Part shown: positions 50,954-64,000 of the stretch, one piece after another
Numbering within the stretch: position 1 is the first letter of the stretch
Layout: every line of letters begins with the position of its first letter
Assembly: GCA_010405405.1 (NCBI GenBank)
Contig: MU004244.1
Coordinates: 623,895 to 687,894, forward strand
Direction of reading: 5' to 3'
Source of the DNA: Microthyrium microscopicum
Taxonomy: Eukaryota
Length of the DNA: 64,000 bases
Position numbers and translations under genes: made by a program
Notes under the pieces: model-generated
The model's database searches: none
Told to the model about the DNA's origin: nothing
What the model saw: the letters and a program-made list of their open reading frames with translations, nothing else

Positions 50954-52643
50954 CTACTTCTTCTCTGTCCACTCTCCAGACAACCATCTGTTGAGCATGC
51001 TCAAGCTGGCCTTTGGCTGGTCATATGGGACCATGTGGCCAGCAGCGTGAATTTGGATAAAGGTGAAGTTGCCAGAGGTCTTGACGGCGCCGACCTTGTC
51101 GCCGTCAACCTTGAGGTCTTTCATTGAGGCGCTTTGGTAGTTGGCTTGACCTGGCCATTCAAGTGCTTCGGTCCAGCCCTTGTTTCCGAGCCAGTTGCAG
51201 ATGAAATCAGCATCACCCTGTTGTATGTTAGTGTATGTTCTAGCGGGATGGAGAAAAATTGAAACTTACAGCATAGACGAGGACTGGGATCTCCTTGAGA
51301 AGATCTGGGACCATGCGATGGAATGGCTTCATCCAATCTCCTTGGAATAAAAAGTTCCGGTTGATATCCATGTTGCAGCTGTCGTAGTTTGATACTTCAG
51401 CACCAAGGGCCTTCTTGACATTGTCCTGGTTGAGATAGCTTGCGATCCGGTCTAGCTCTTCGTAGCAGAGGTTGCTTCCCTCACAATCCTTGCGGACGTC
51501 GTATGGGTTGCGGCCAGTACGTTGGTAGGCACCAATCATGGCATTGTTGCAGTAGATTGAGGCGGGTACGCAAGACCATACACTCTCAGATGCGTAGCAG
51601 CTCTCAATGAGTGATTGGCAGCGAGGCAAAGCGTTGTCCATGGATTGACACTCGGTCTCGTCCAAAACAGCGGGCCAACCACCATCACCACAGGCCATTG
51701 GTCGGTAGTACTCGTATTGAGTGAGGCCGTCAGTCAAACCGTTACCGATGGCGACGGACTGGAGATTGATGTTGCGCTTCTTGTGAGACAAGATCTCGTG
51801 GGCAAAGACTGGAATGTAATGACCGGCATATGATTCGCCGGTGATGTGGAAGGTTTGGTTGGCATATTCGGGGAATTGCTTGAAGAAGAGAGTGAGAAGA
51901 GCATAAACGTCTTGTCCGGCAGCGACTGTGTTGCTGACTGGGCTGTCGCTATAAGAATAGCCAACGTTTACCGGCTGATCCAAGAAGATGACGGAAGCAT
52001 TGGCGTTCCATGAATACTCATTGTATTTGACCTTGATGTTCTTATCGATTGACGAAGGGCCGAGTTCCATGAAGAGGCCGGTGAGCGAAGAGCAGCCTGG
52101 ACCACCGTTGAGCCAAAGAACGACGGGATCATTCTTGGGGTCATTTCGGGATTCGAAGAACCAGTAAAACAGATGCTTATCGCTCTCATCATCGTCGAGA
52201 TAACCAGAGTATTGTTTAACCTTGTCAACACCGAGCGACTTGGGGTCGACCTTTTTGGTTCGGAGTGAGTATGGGCTTAAATGTCCGTCAATTGCCCGTT
52301 CCTTCTCTCCCTTGTCGTTTGTGATCCAGACGCTCTGGATATCTTCACCCTTGGTATTAAAGTCCCACTCGCTGGCAGGCTTTCGGTCGTGCTTCTTTGG
52401 GAGAGAAAAGAAGTTGGCAGCTTCGAATGCTGCAGGATATATAGCTGCGACCTCATCCCAGGTTTTCTGGGCCTCTGCAGACATGCCTTTAAGAGCATGT
52501 TGAAGGTCGTGAAGGGGCTTTTGGAACATGCCCGAGTTTGAGATCTTGTTCTTGAAGTTGTCGAATGAGCCCAATGGCTGCTGCATAGGGGCTACAGCGG
52601 CCGAGGCAGCTCCCACGATGGGGAGTACTGAGGTGATTCTCAT
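50954..52643 (-). CDS. PRC1: Carboxypeptidase Y (serine carboxypeptidase S10), 2 exons
   Basis: [37 protein letters not shown]; signal peptide and propeptide. Confidence 0.95.
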
Positions 52644-53017
52644 GATGAAGACCGATGACGCTGGGAGCTAGGCAGCTATGAGAGCGGCGCTTAAGCTTCG
52701 CGGCGGGGTTCCGGGTAGGTATTATAGAAATAGACTAGAGAAAGGAGATTGTATGGGTGAAATGTAAAGATATGTGACAAAACAAAAGGATGGCAGAAGT
52801 CACAAAGAGTTGAAGAGTGTATAAGATGAAGATGAATGGAGCGAGGAGGAGGTGTTTCGATGATAACAGGCGGTGGTCAAGTGGTGGGCGGAGCTTCCCT
52901 GCCACGCAAACGCAAGGCGTGGCGAATGGAGCAGGAGCCTGGAAACCTTGGCACTGTTACAGCATCAAGGTGGTCAACTCCCATCGGCATGTCTAAGCTT
53001 GACTGGATATTTGATGG

Positions 53018-53073
53018 AGTGCTTTTAATTCCATCGAGTGCTTTAAATTCCATCGAGTGCTTTATTTACCATC
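53018..53073 (+). repeat. Short ~19-bp tandem repeat (AATTCCATCGAGTGCTTT) in the CPY/SDO1 divergent intergenic region
   Basis: Two clear copies plus partial ones, bracketed by the inverted pair TTGATGG ... CCATCAA. Confidence 0.65.
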
Positions 53074-53464
53074 AATTACGCTGGGCATTAAAGCATATAT
53101 CCTTCACAAATAGCGAGTTGATGGTTGACCTGCGATGCTTCAATTCAAATCGGGCAGTTGCGACTCGTACCCTTGGAAGACACTAACCCAAGAAAGGAAT
53201 GGTGGCATCGTTGGCACGGCAGCCACGACAGAAGCAGAGCCCCTCCAGTCGTGCTTGCTACTTTTCTGCCCCTCTATCAAAATGTTGGTCATACTTAGAA
53301 TCACAGCCAGAGTTTAAAGCGTGTTGTATGCACCTCCATGATCGGGCTCATTTCAGGTTCAAATAAAAGTACTACTTAAAGCGCCGTAAATTCCTCTCCC
53401 AGATTACTTCCACAAACCTTTTCCAACAACCACATTCTATCAAAACCGTTAGAAATCATCCAAG

Positions 53465-54459
53465 ATGCCTACAGGCATATACCAACCCTCTAACCAGATC
53501 AAGTTGACAAATGTCTCTCTTGTACGCATGAAGAAAGGTTAATCGTCCTTAGCTCATTCATTGATCTCTTTTCTAATATATATCTAGGCAAGAAACGTTT
53601 CGAAATTGCCTGCTACAAAAACAAAGTCCTCGAGTACCGCAACGGTGCCGAAAAAGATCTCGACAATGTCCTCCAAATCCCCAACGTATTTCTCAACGTC
53701 TCCAAAGGCCAAGTCGCCTCCCACGATGATCTCGCCAAAGCCTTTGGCAAAGACGACAAGGGCAAACCCATGACCTCCGACGCCATCATCCTCGAAATCC
53801 TCAACAAGGGCGAACTACAAGTCGGCGACAAGGAACGCCAGGCGGAACTTGATAGAGTGCATAATGAGGTTATCGATATTGTCGCGGGCAAGTTGGTGGA
53901 TCCGAAGAGTAAGCGGGTGTATACGACGGGCATGATTGACAAGGCGTTGGATCAACTTAGTCAGACTTCGCATCAGATTCAGCAGAGTAATAATAGTGAG
54001 GCTGCTGCGACGCCGCCGACGGGTGATGGTGCGGAGGCGAAGCCGAAGAAGAATCTGCCCGTGTGGACGGGTGTGGTTACGACGAAGAGTGCGAAGAGTC
54101 AGGCGCTGGATGCGATGAAGGCATTGATTGCGCATCAGCCTATTCCAGTGGCGCGAGCACGTATGAGGTTAAGGATAACGTGTCCGGCGAATCTACTTAA
54201 GCAGGCAGCGAAGACAGCGCCAAAAGCTGGCGCGGAGGACGATGATGCAGAAACAAAGGCCACGGGTACGGTCAAGGATCGCATATTGAGTTATGTTGAG
54301 CAGGTGGAGTCGCAGGATGTTAGCGGAAGCGATTGGGAGGTCATTGGCTTTGTGGAGCCGGGCGCTTTCAAGCAACTCACCGAGTTCATTGGTGGTCATA
54401 CAAAAGGAAAGGCTAGAGCGGAAGTGTTGGATATGGCTGTGGTTCATGAAGGCGAGTAG
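53465..54459 (+). CDS. SDO1: Ribosome maturation factor SBDS/Sdo1 (2 exons)
   Basis: QPSNQIKLTNVSLVRMKKG/KKRFEIACYKNKV, NVSKGQVA, KSAKSQALDAMK. Confidence 0.95.
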
Positions 54460-54829
54460 TCGTCTATTAGCTGTCAAATTGAAGTAGCTTTGAACCCTTC
54501 AAAATGTGTCCAACTGGCATTCAACGAGGAGGAAAATCTACCGCATATAGATTACCACGCAAAGATATCCATGAGTTGTCTTGCCATCGTCCGTTGCCTA
54601 TTAAAGAGGAACGTTAAAAATGGTTAGACATTTGCCACCTGCACCATCTTTGTAGAAATCCAGGATATTGTTCAGATGATTGTTTGATTGGAGTTTGACA
54701 TGGAGACCTTTTTGGTCATTTGATTTTTCTACCGCACAAACAAGCCGTATGCACCGATAATGCCTTGACAGAAATAACCACAGCAAGACACGAACAACCC
54801 GCACGCCCAAGAATCCAGAACAGTCCCGT

Positions 54830-55411
54830 TTAACCCTTCTTCTTGGACACACCGACGGTGCGACCACGACGTCCAGTAGTCTTGGTATGTTGACCACGTA
54901 CACGCAGGCCCCAGTAGTGTCGTAGACCACGATGAGCGCGAATCTTCTTTAGGCGCTCCAAATCGTCACGAAGCTTCGAGTCGACTTGATTGGCGAGCAC
55001 TTGGTAGTCCTTGCCGTCAACAATGTCTCGTTGACGATTGAGGAACCAGCCGGGAATTTTGTATTGGGTAGGGTTTTGGATGATTGTGACGATGCGCTCG
55101 AGTTCTTCAGAGGTGAGGTCTCCGGCGCTGTTGGAGAGAATTTGTTAGTCCCATTGCCATTTCTTTAATTTCCTATGCAATTGCGTACCGCTTGTTGAGA
55201 TCGACATCTGCCTTTTTGCAGACCAGGTTGGAATAACGACGACCGACACCCTTGATTTTGGTCAAGGCGTACATGACCTTTTGCTTGCCGTCGACATTGG
55301 TGTTGAGGAGACGAAGCTGGTGGGATTAGATTTGGTCTGCTTCGATTGGTGAAATATCCGGATACTTACAATGAACTGGAAGTTCGACTTCTCTCCAGAG
55401 ACGAGCGACAT
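54830..55411 (-). CDS. RPS18: 40S ribosomal protein S18 (uS13), 3 exons
   Basis: Spliced [51 protein letters not shown].../[13 protein letters not shown]...[34 protein letters not shown]. Missed by the ORF track. Confidence 0.97.
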
Positions 55412-55837
55412 ATTGGCGATTTGTTGATGGATATCTCTTGACAGTCTGATGCTCGACTTGTAGATGAATTGGTTGAGTGGGCTTCAAAGGTGGGTTAGCG
55501 CTACGGAAAAACTGCCGGACCGGAATTCGACCAACAGCTCTTGGCATTGCTGACATAACCACTTGGTGACCTTTTAGGCAGGTTTAACCGACTATCAACA
55601 TCCTCACTTCTTACTTTGATATTGGAGCCTCATTTTCTCACATGTAGGATTGCTGATACGTGACGTTAGATCATAGCTCTTACCTATTCCTAAAGAGGTA
55701 GGGCTAGGGTCAGATAGATATTCCATCCCCTTCAGGGATCGGAAGCTAGATAGCTTCCTTAATCCATCATCTTACTTACTACGACTTCGTCTTCATTACA
55801 TGCTCCCTCTTCAATTGCGAGGAAGAAAACTGAAATA

Positions 55838-57249
55838 ATGGCCAGCCATTTACAACCGCCGCCAGTCTCGAAAAACGCAAGAGGCCATGTGCGCGTCACC
55901 TCCGAGGACAGAAGGCGGAGTATGTCCTTCTATCTACATTGGCACCAACCGTCCTGACGACAAACACAGTCACTGCTCTTAGAAGAAGCACCAAAGGCCC
56001 TCTGGACGAAGTAGACGAGTGTGTTCTGAGCTCTTAGCACACGACATCAATTTCTAACCTCATATGTAGCCCACTATCAATAGCCTCGCCAACCTCCCCC
56101 GAACTCCTCTCCCCAGAAACATACAAAACTCAATCCCTAAGCCCACGAGCCTCACTCTCCCTTGACGTCCCCAAAGATTTCACTTTCCTCCTTGAACCCG
56201 CAAACTTCACTCCGCTCTCAACTCCTCTCCTCAAGCACGCATTATCAGACTCCACTTCCTCCCTATCTCTCTCAGACCTCCTAGCGACAGGCCGTTTCCA
56301 CACCGCCGCCGTTCGCGCTGCTAGCGACCTCTCGGCTCTCCCACCCACCGCCGATGCTGCCACAATCCTACCGTTGTGGTACGTCCGTCTAGCCTCCCTG
56401 ACTCTCATCCACGAAACCACCATTGCAGCCCAAGAGTCCAAGATCCTAGGCGACCTCTCCTCGCCTTTCTACCGTCTGCCACCCATCGAGGATGGACCAG
56501 GCGAGCATATAGTCCCATGGGGACTGCGCGTGCTTGCTGTTAGACTGCAGGCGCTTGGCTTCGGTGAGCCACGGCGTGGTCTCATGGCATACTACCTACT
56601 CGCTTCTGATGCGCGCGAAGCGGCCGCGCGCGCACGTGCGTCTCAGCGCCAGGCAGAGATGCGGCTGTGGCAGACAAGGTTGCGTGAGCTGGGTGTGTTG
56701 GTGGCGAGTGCGCTGGTCGAGATGGGTGAAGGGCAAGCTGCGGCAAGACATTTGAGGAGTCTCAAGGGACGCGGAAGGGAGGAAGTGGGGATGGAGATTT
56801 TGACATGGTTGCGGATGGGAGATCTGAGTGCTGCGGCGGCGTGCTTGGCGGACTGGGAAAACTCGAGCGAAGGTGAAGACAAGGTTGATGAGGATGGGTT
56901 TGTGAGCAAGGTGTTGAAGGCGCTGATAGCGACATGTGAGGGCGAGTATGCGGCCGTGGTCAAGGATTGGCAGGCGTTACATGATGAGTATCCGGATGAT
57001 GTGATGATTTTGCAGAATTTGGCGGTCTGCCAGATGTATACGTGTGAGATGGAGAAGAGTCGCGATGCATTTGAGAAAATCATAGCGGATGATACAGCTG
57101 CGGTGTTTCCTTCGCTACTATTCAATATGGCCAGTTTGTACGAGCTGAGCTCCGAGAACGCGCAAATGTTGAAGACGGAGCTGGCAAGTCGTATATCGGC
57201 ATCTGGACCATCAGGTGAGGAACGGACGAAGATCGAGTTGAAACTTTAA
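55838..57249 (+). CDS. TPR-like helical protein, probable TRAPPC12-like subunit
   Basis: Short 5' exons from ATG 55838, then a long exon with LWYVRLASL, VPWGLRVLAVRL, QNLAVCQMY and FNMASLYEL. Confidence 0.65.
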
Positions 57250-57439
57250 CGAGCACCTTTAGCGGACATATTAGACTGATGTCAGTAATGTATTGGTACA
57301 TAATCCAACGGCTTGTTCTCAAGGCAATGCAAAGCCATGCCCACGTATGCTAGCTATACTACAAATGGAGACAAAATGGTCTCGTCAAATCTATGAACGT
57401 CGTTAATCATAGCTTGAACAATGCAAGGAGAGTCCGACC

Positions 57440-58975
57440 CTATCGATTTCCTTCTATCATTCTTCTATCTGGCGACATATTACCATCTGGTTGCCCATTT
57501 TCCACGGGCATCATTCCCTGAAAACTTCCACCTGGTCCTCCATACGCATTTCCATAATATCCCACGGAAGGATGATAGGGCGTTCCGTACTGCAATGCAC
57601 CTGCGCTGGCTTGTCGAGATGGAGTTGCGGGTGGGGGATAATGCTGATTCTGAAAATAGTCTGGTGTGAGCGTATTGCGCAAACCATTCCACGACGCATT
57701 CATTACCATCCAAGAGATGGTAAACGCAGTGAGATAAAATGTCTGTACAGTCTAGTTAGCTTCGACGTCTCTCACAAATAAACATTTTGGTCATACCATA
57801 GCTTTCAGTGATATCGGTTCAGCGAAATCATTAATGATCTTGGCAAATGTCTTTGCACTGAGTTGTGCCCGTGAGACCTTATCAGGATTCTTTGCTATAC
57901 ACTTGGCGAGATCTTCGCACAGTACACGGGTCCGTTCAGGGGGATTTGAGCCGCCGCATTGAAAGATCTCCCAGTCCTTTCTGCAACCTTGAAGCGTGAG
58001 TATTGCTTTAGAAGTTGCCTCGTCCACATCATTGCTGACATCTCCCAGAATTCCTCGCCAAAGTGAAATAAGTACGTAAGCGCCAAAGAGGAAAAAAAGA
58101 AAGTTTGTCATGAGTTGTAGGTAGTTGATGAGAATTCGGGGTGCGTTTGGATGGTTTTCAACAAGGGAAAGGAAATTCTTTAAAGTGCCATGGACTCCGC
58201 CTGGTTCTTTGTCCTTTTTTACAGCATCGATTTGCTCCAGGTCCGTGTCAGAGTCATAAGTGTTGTGTTTGTGGCTCCTGCTTCGAGACTTTTCAGTCCG
58301 TCGTTTAGTCACACGCTTTTCTGCTTTATTGCTATATGGGCCTATCATCTTGTCTCGCTTGGTTGATGGAGAGTTGAATAGACGGCCGAGCAGACTACTG
58401 CGCTTCTTAGGACTTGGTCGTCGCTCTCGCCTCTCTTCTTGTGATCCTTTTGATGGTGAACCACCCATGCCTCTGTACCTTTGGATCCTTGGATCCGGTG
58501 TTGCCTCACTGTCTGCGTCCGGACTGTCAAAGGAAAATCCACCAACACCTCTCTTTATACTGTCCTCCTGAGGTGTTGTATCGTCGCCTGAAGTGAAATC
58601 GAACGCGGGCGCTCTACGCGGGGTTCGAAATGCTTCAATGTCGATTGTTTGGCTTGGTGGAGGAGGGAGCGGTTTGTCTGGCGATGACGGTGATCGTGGA
58701 AATAAAGTGGTTTGATTTGCGGCAGGTCGGAGAGATGGAACGTTGGATGTGGAGAATGATTTATTGGGAGATTCGAATTCTGATCGGGGACCTGTGCAAG
58801 AAGAATTAGCAATGACATTCTTGTAGTCAATGCCATGGTTAAACGCACGTTTGTGTAGCAGAGGATTGTTGGCTGATTGGCGACCAACAGCGGTTAAGAA
58901 GGGAGAGTTCTCGTCAACAGGTCCTTTGCCGTTTTGCCAGGAAAATTCCATAGGCCCCTCGGCAGTGCGAGACAT
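57440..58975 (-). CDS. Nuclear envelope Brr6/Brl1-family protein
   Basis: GPMEFSW N-terminus; TM helix followed by a four-Cys domain CRKDWEIFQC...LCEDLAKC...AQLSAKTFAKIINDFAEPISLKAM; last exon to 57440. Confidence 0.85.
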
Positions 58976-59743
58976 TGTTGATGGAAGAAGATGTAAGATG
59001 GCAGAAATGTTTGATGATGTGGCGGATCTTTCATGTGGTGTCCAAGGTTTTGTTGATAAACAGGCGCTCTTCATATATTTGGACCCCTGTTTAGGTCAAG
59101 GCTCAAGTGTCGGGCGTGGCACTTCCACACTAGCCTCAATTGGGTCTAGCCTCGAGTTCTCCAACTCCAGACAACAACCTCATTATCTTTTTCAATAACC
59201 TCCAGATTAATCACTTCGAGCTGTCTACGAGACCTGGATATGATAAAGCAAAGGCTAATGACCTGAGTCGAGGCTTCCGTTTAAAATAGCTGCTCCCAAC
59301 AAATACGAGCTCTGACAGAATACTTCCCCAAGCAAGCCACTTACAATTCCTATCAAGTTGACATGTCAATCAGATCATCGGCTGCGTTGGATATAGAATC
59401 TTGCCCTGGCCAAAGTGCTACTGAATACTTGCCAATGTCAAAAGTAGCACCTATATGACCCGCTAGTTGAAGACGTGAGAGGGCACCTCACCTTCATGCC
59501 ACTGGCTTCTCCCAGTCGCAAGCTTCCACCTCAATGTGATGGACACCGCTGTATATGGAAGATTCATGAGGTGCAGTGGTTTCATTCACCACCCAGAGAA
59601 ACGTCACTTCCTATCATAGGTAGGTGTCCGACGTTTTCAAATACAAAATTGAGACATGTTTCTCCAACCACTCAAAGCTTTCCTCAGACACACCGCCGCT
59701 TCCAACACTTTGATAAGCTTCAACTTTTCCCATACGAAAAGCA

Positions 59744-60316
59744 ATGGAAAACAACACGGATCCGAGTGTGAGCATGCCGGATACTTCAAATGCAGCCACA
59801 AGCTCAGCCACTAGTCGCTCAGTCATTGGCGCCGACCACCCAGAGTTCTCAAAGTTGTTGAACAATGTTACCTTCTCAACTTTCGAGGCCGCAAAGCCTC
59901 TTCCTACCCAGATTCCTGGCAACGCAAAGATGGGAATTCCATATTTTGCTCCATCGGGCGACCTAGTTGCCGATGATGATGCCATTGACTTTATGTGGGA
60001 GTTGGCACTGGTTTGCGTGGGGTATAGCTACCCAGGGATTGTGTTGGACCACGAGTTCTTTGTGAAAGCACTTCGAGATAGTGATCGTGAAACTATGAAG
60101 TTTAGATACGAGAGACTGGCCACGCGCAAGTTCGCAGGTCTACTTACCAAAAACAATTGTCGAGACCCTCAGGGTATACTGTACACCCCGGAGACAGCAC
60201 TTGCGGAAGCGGAGTGGATTGATAGGCTGTACAAGATTGGCAAAGCAGCAATGATAAAGCGAACGGATGAATGGTATCTGGCGCAGGAAGAGCGTTTGGA
60301 TGCCATAATTCCTTGA
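59744..60316 (+). CDS. Hypothetical protein
   Basis: 190-aa ATG ORF with protein-like composition; no motif recognised. Confidence 0.55.
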   Translation: MENNTDPSVSMPDTSNAATSSATSRSVIGADHPEFSKLLNNVTFSTFEAAKPLPTQIPGNAKMGIPYFAPSGDLVADDDAIDFMWELALVCVGYSYPGIVLDHEFFVKALRDSDRETMKFRYERLATRKFAGLLTKNNCRDPQGILYTPETALAEAEWIDRLYKIGKAAMIKRTDEWYLAQEERLDAIIP

Positions 60317-60694
60317 TGTGTTCTGCCTCTCGATAGTGCTGTTGCAATCAGTATTGCCACAAATGGCTCACTCGTTGTGATGCTTGGGAGTCTTGAATGA
60401 TGTCTCATAAGCTGTCAAGGCTGTCTTACGACGATAAATTCAAGCCACAATGGCGATAATTGCGGAGTGGCTTCGAGTGGCTGCTTAGTGCTTTGATCGC
60501 TCCTCACTGCAATGATGGTTATTGTTTTGGTAAAGAATAGCAGCAATAGACAGCGCTTTGATCCAGGATGAAAAGTTTGGATTCCATAAAACTGGATCCT
60601 TATTGTTCATAAGAAATAAAAGCGTGTCATCTGTTGCCTCTCCGTATAATTTTAAACTCGCTAAAGCTGAAAACTACTAATCTTTACCAGGCAG

Positions 60695-61827
60695 TCAAAC
60701 TAGTGTCGAATCGCTACTGTTACTGGTTTGATGCGTCAACTGTGGCTTTCCAAGCTCTTCATCTTGATCCCACTCAGTGTTCGCCTTGTCATGCTGTTTA
60801 CTTCTCAAAATCGCCAATTCATACATCAATACGCACCTGCACACCAAGACAGAAGCCATGAATCGAAACGTGACTACTGCACTGTCTCGAACTGAGATGA
60901 ATAGCACGCTCGAGAATGCTAAAGTGCCAATCACAATATGGCACGCGATCCAGATAGAAGTCAACCAGGAAAGCAGGGCAGCACAAACGTTGAACCACAG
61001 TGACCGCTTGCGATGCTTATATTGTGCCACATCTTGTGTGTCGCCAGCGGTTTGATCTGGCCAAAGAACCAGTTTGAGGCTCTAGTTCTATCCGACAGCT
61101 TGATCACACGCATCCTCAGAGTGATTGCGCCAGCGATATGACTGGTACTGCCCATACATGCCCATATTGCTGGAATAATCACTTGCTCCGGGCCGAAGTT
61201 GTAGATGACTTACAATCCCAAGTCATGGATCAGCGTGGCTATGTTGACGATTGCTGCCGCGACCAGGAGATATTCGATGAGCACTATGATGTGGTGAACC
61301 CAATCTGGCCAGTTCGGCAGCTTGAGTCCATCATCTCTGGGTTTCAGGATCTCAAGTGGCTTCCTGTACTCCATAGCGCGGATTGGATTGATAGAAGGCG
61401 ATCCTAGCGCAAGGCACATTACGAGGAACGGTCGACTGCCAAATATAAAGAGTGATGATGTCTCCTCGATAGACGGTCCGAGTATCGCCAGAATTGCAGG
61501 CGTTACACCGAGTAGAACAGCGGCGCTTGCCATTCCAGACTTTATCCAATCTGATGTATTACGAAGAATGCAACTGGCTACTGGCTGTGCTAGAGCGCTT
61601 GTTTTTGATGATCCATCCCATTGATCGTAGAGGTCCAGTCTTGTCATATTCTTTTGACCGCTGAGGTAGTATTGATATTGCTCTGTGCAGTTTTCTTCTA
61701 GTATACGCTTGAACATGAAACCATATTCTGGATACCATTCTTGAAACTGCTTTGTTGCGAATGCTGATGCAGAAGAGTTGTGAAACAAGAAGACAACGGC
61801 GATTAGGACGCACGTAGTATGCGTCAT
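60695..61827 (-). CDS. Hypothetical multi-pass membrane protein (2+ exons)
   Basis: Signal-like N-terminus, MASAAVLLGVTPAIL...RPFLVMCLALGSP, GTAAGT donor at ~61213, downstream exon with IVIGTLAFSSVLFISVRDS. Confidence 0.6.
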
Positions 61828-63336
61828 GTTGTCAAATTCCAAAAGCTGCAGAATAAAACTTTCGCTTGGTTATCTCGATGCTCGAAGGTAGTGACCGGGG
61901 CTTATTTGACGTAATGTATCCCTTGACTGATGTATGGAATCAAGTCTGTAGTCGGACCGGCGACCAAACATGAGCGTGTTTGCGAGCTCGACATCCTGCC
62001 GCAAAAGTAAAGTATGCCGTTGTTCTACTATTTCGATGCTATAGTTCTACCCCTGATCAACCTTGTGATTGTGGCATTGGCCGAAGTCTATAAATGTTGA
62101 AGTACCGTAGGCATGAAGCCCAAGGATCACTGCTAAATATATAGAACTGAGGCTGAGCGATAAAGACATCGTCCAATTACAAGTGTGTAAGCACTAGTTC
62201 ATGTGAGTGTGCAGTAACCAGGTCCCCAGTCGCGGTCAGGTCCACCAATCGTTTGGTGTAGAGATCCCGGAGTGGCATACTTATATGCCTTAGACGTACA
62301 ACACGCAGCTGAATAAGCCCTGGCATAATGAAAACATGGATAAGCAGACGTACTTACGGCTGCTATTAGTATTGAAGAATTGATGCAAGGGAAATTATAT
62401 TGTCCTACCCCGGTTTCCCTGGCGAGGCGTCAGACTTTCATCGTGCATGAAGGATTCACTTCACCTCGTTCTCTCAACGACCTCGACACAGACAGAAGCC
62501 TTGCTACCAATGTCGAGTATACGTGGCTGCATTTCAGCCCAGTAAGCGATACACTGCGTATCTCGCGATTCTCTCGCCTATCTGGATGGCTTGAATGAAA
62601 GTATGCTTGGACAGGATCCCTGACTATCTCTCAACTCCTCAAGGTCGAAATCAAGCGAGCCGCTTTGGTGTAGCTTCTATTGACTAAAGTCGAATTTTGA
62701 TGAAATACTTCTGTTTAATAGGAACTACTTATCCCATCTTTATCGATATTTCCGAATGTATTTCTGCATTCTTGAATGTTTCTAAAGCAACGCTCATGCG
62801 ATGTTCCGGCAGTCATCACAGCAGCACAAGAAGCTATGCAGCGACACATGCAACAGATGAAGCAGGTGCAGAACAGGCAAATTAGAGCAATGATCCAGTA
62901 ATCAGAGAACATTGGCATGATGAATATTGCAAAAGACATGCTAGCGAGTACACGGATGTCAGTCAATGCAATGCATGATGGCCAAAGGTCACAGCTAGCA
63001 GCACAAATGCCTCACGGATATGGCCATACGTATCATACCACCCCAGGAATTTGGTACTTCAATGGTTTGTGGGTAGACTGATATCAATATGTCTATGCTC
63101 TGGTGCTACCTGCAAAAGTCTTCCAAATTGTGCTTGATAAACAGATATATGGATTTGTATGAAACAGAGCAATTTGCCATTACGAAAGAGAACGTTAGCA
63201 AGCGTAATCATCTTTCCCAATTTGAATGTGTTTATGTTGCCCAGTCCCAACCTTGAGCTCGAGTACCTGCATCACAGTCTCGTCGGCAAGCTCCCTAAAC
63301 TCATGGCTTGCCCATCGATTACCTTCAGCCGTCAAT

Positions 63337-63837
63337 TTACAAGCCGAGCTGAATGTCTTCACTGGCAGGCACTTTGGTAAGCAGTGCTAGGAGTGAACTT
63401 CGATTGATATGTTTCCTATTGAACGCCTTATGTTTGCGTTTGACTTTATATTGAATAGGTGGTGCCGAGAAATTGATTGGCCAAATGTTCTTCATGAAGA
63501 ATGCTCCGGTAAGGTTGAGAGGATCAACTATTTCCCCCGACAGACTGCCATGTCTGGTCGCTAAGCTGTTGATTGACATTGTCATGGCCATTTCAGCTTC
63601 ATCGGCTTCACTCAAGAGCGATGTCCATGTTATATTATCATTCTTGATCCGTATTGCCAAAGTAGACTTGCAGTGAAGTGCTTGTTGTCTAACCTTATTG
63701 AGAGACTCAATGTGCGCTTCCAGCTGCTCTATTCTTTCACTCAAGGCCGATTCCTCCTTAAGTAGCTGGGCCTCTTTAGATTCCAACGATTTCATGGTTC
63801 GATTAAGCTTCAGGCGACGAATCTCGAGACTAATCAT
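63337..63837 (-). CDS. Hypothetical coiled-coil protein (possibly partial)
   Basis: 166-aa ORF with a heptad-like segment near the window edge. Confidence 0.3.
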   Translation of the reverse strand: MISLEIRRLKLNRTMKSLESKEAQLLKEESALSERIEQLEAHIESLNKVRQQALHCKSTLAIRIKNDNITWTSLLSEADEAEMAMTMSINSLATRHGSLSGEIVDPLNLTGAFFMKNIWPINFSAPPIQYKVKRKHKAFNRKHINRSSLLALLTKVPASEDIQLGL

Positions 63838-64000
63838 TCTTCGTTGAAGAACATGCTCCTGACATTGGATGGCTTCATATTTCCGAAGCCATGCGCGCCG
63901 GCCGTCATCAAGAGAGGTCTCTCGCCGCTGGAGAAATGCAAATAACCGAAATGCAAGGTCGGCGTCACTGAATACAGGAGGGGTGGACAGAGTGAGCGTT

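Noticed and set aside
50954..52643. Carboxypeptidase as a RiPP-processing peptidase of the cluster
   Set aside because: It is the conserved vacuolar CPY, ~34 kb away among housekeeping genes; nothing links it to the cluster.
55326..55562. 78-aa ORF upstream of and overlapping RPS18
   Set aside because: Out-of-frame overlap with RPS18 exon 1 and its 5' UTR.

Overview
A 64-kb window of a filamentous ascomycete genome (spliceosomal introns, RIP-like AT-rich relic). Most of it is conserved housekeeping genes: HOM6, an LRR protein, lysophospholipase, HsbA-like, DUF676 lipase, PTH11-like receptor, a secreted metallophosphoesterase, UTP21, VIP1/Asp1, carboxypeptidase Y, SDO1, RPS18, a TPR protein and Brr6/Brl1. 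The standout is a compact ~7.8-kb island (9456-17222) that looks like a fungal RiPP (dikaritin-type) biosynthetic cluster. It holds a spliced precursor gene missed by the ORF track (12658-13051: signal peptide plus 5 Kex2-delimited repeats with the invariant segment EGVVTWADVSKR, Trp but no Tyr), four HxxHC...HxxHC (DUF3328/UstYa-type) oxidase genes in two divergent pairs, and a tandem GFA-domain gene. A TA-flanked, TIR-bounded decayed transposon sits at its right edge. Secondary observations: an AGGAT motif enriched in the cluster's intergenic regions and a dispersed CGATGG-core motif family in unusually long introns. All gene models were spliced by eye; no database searches were run, so family assignments come from recalled motifs.
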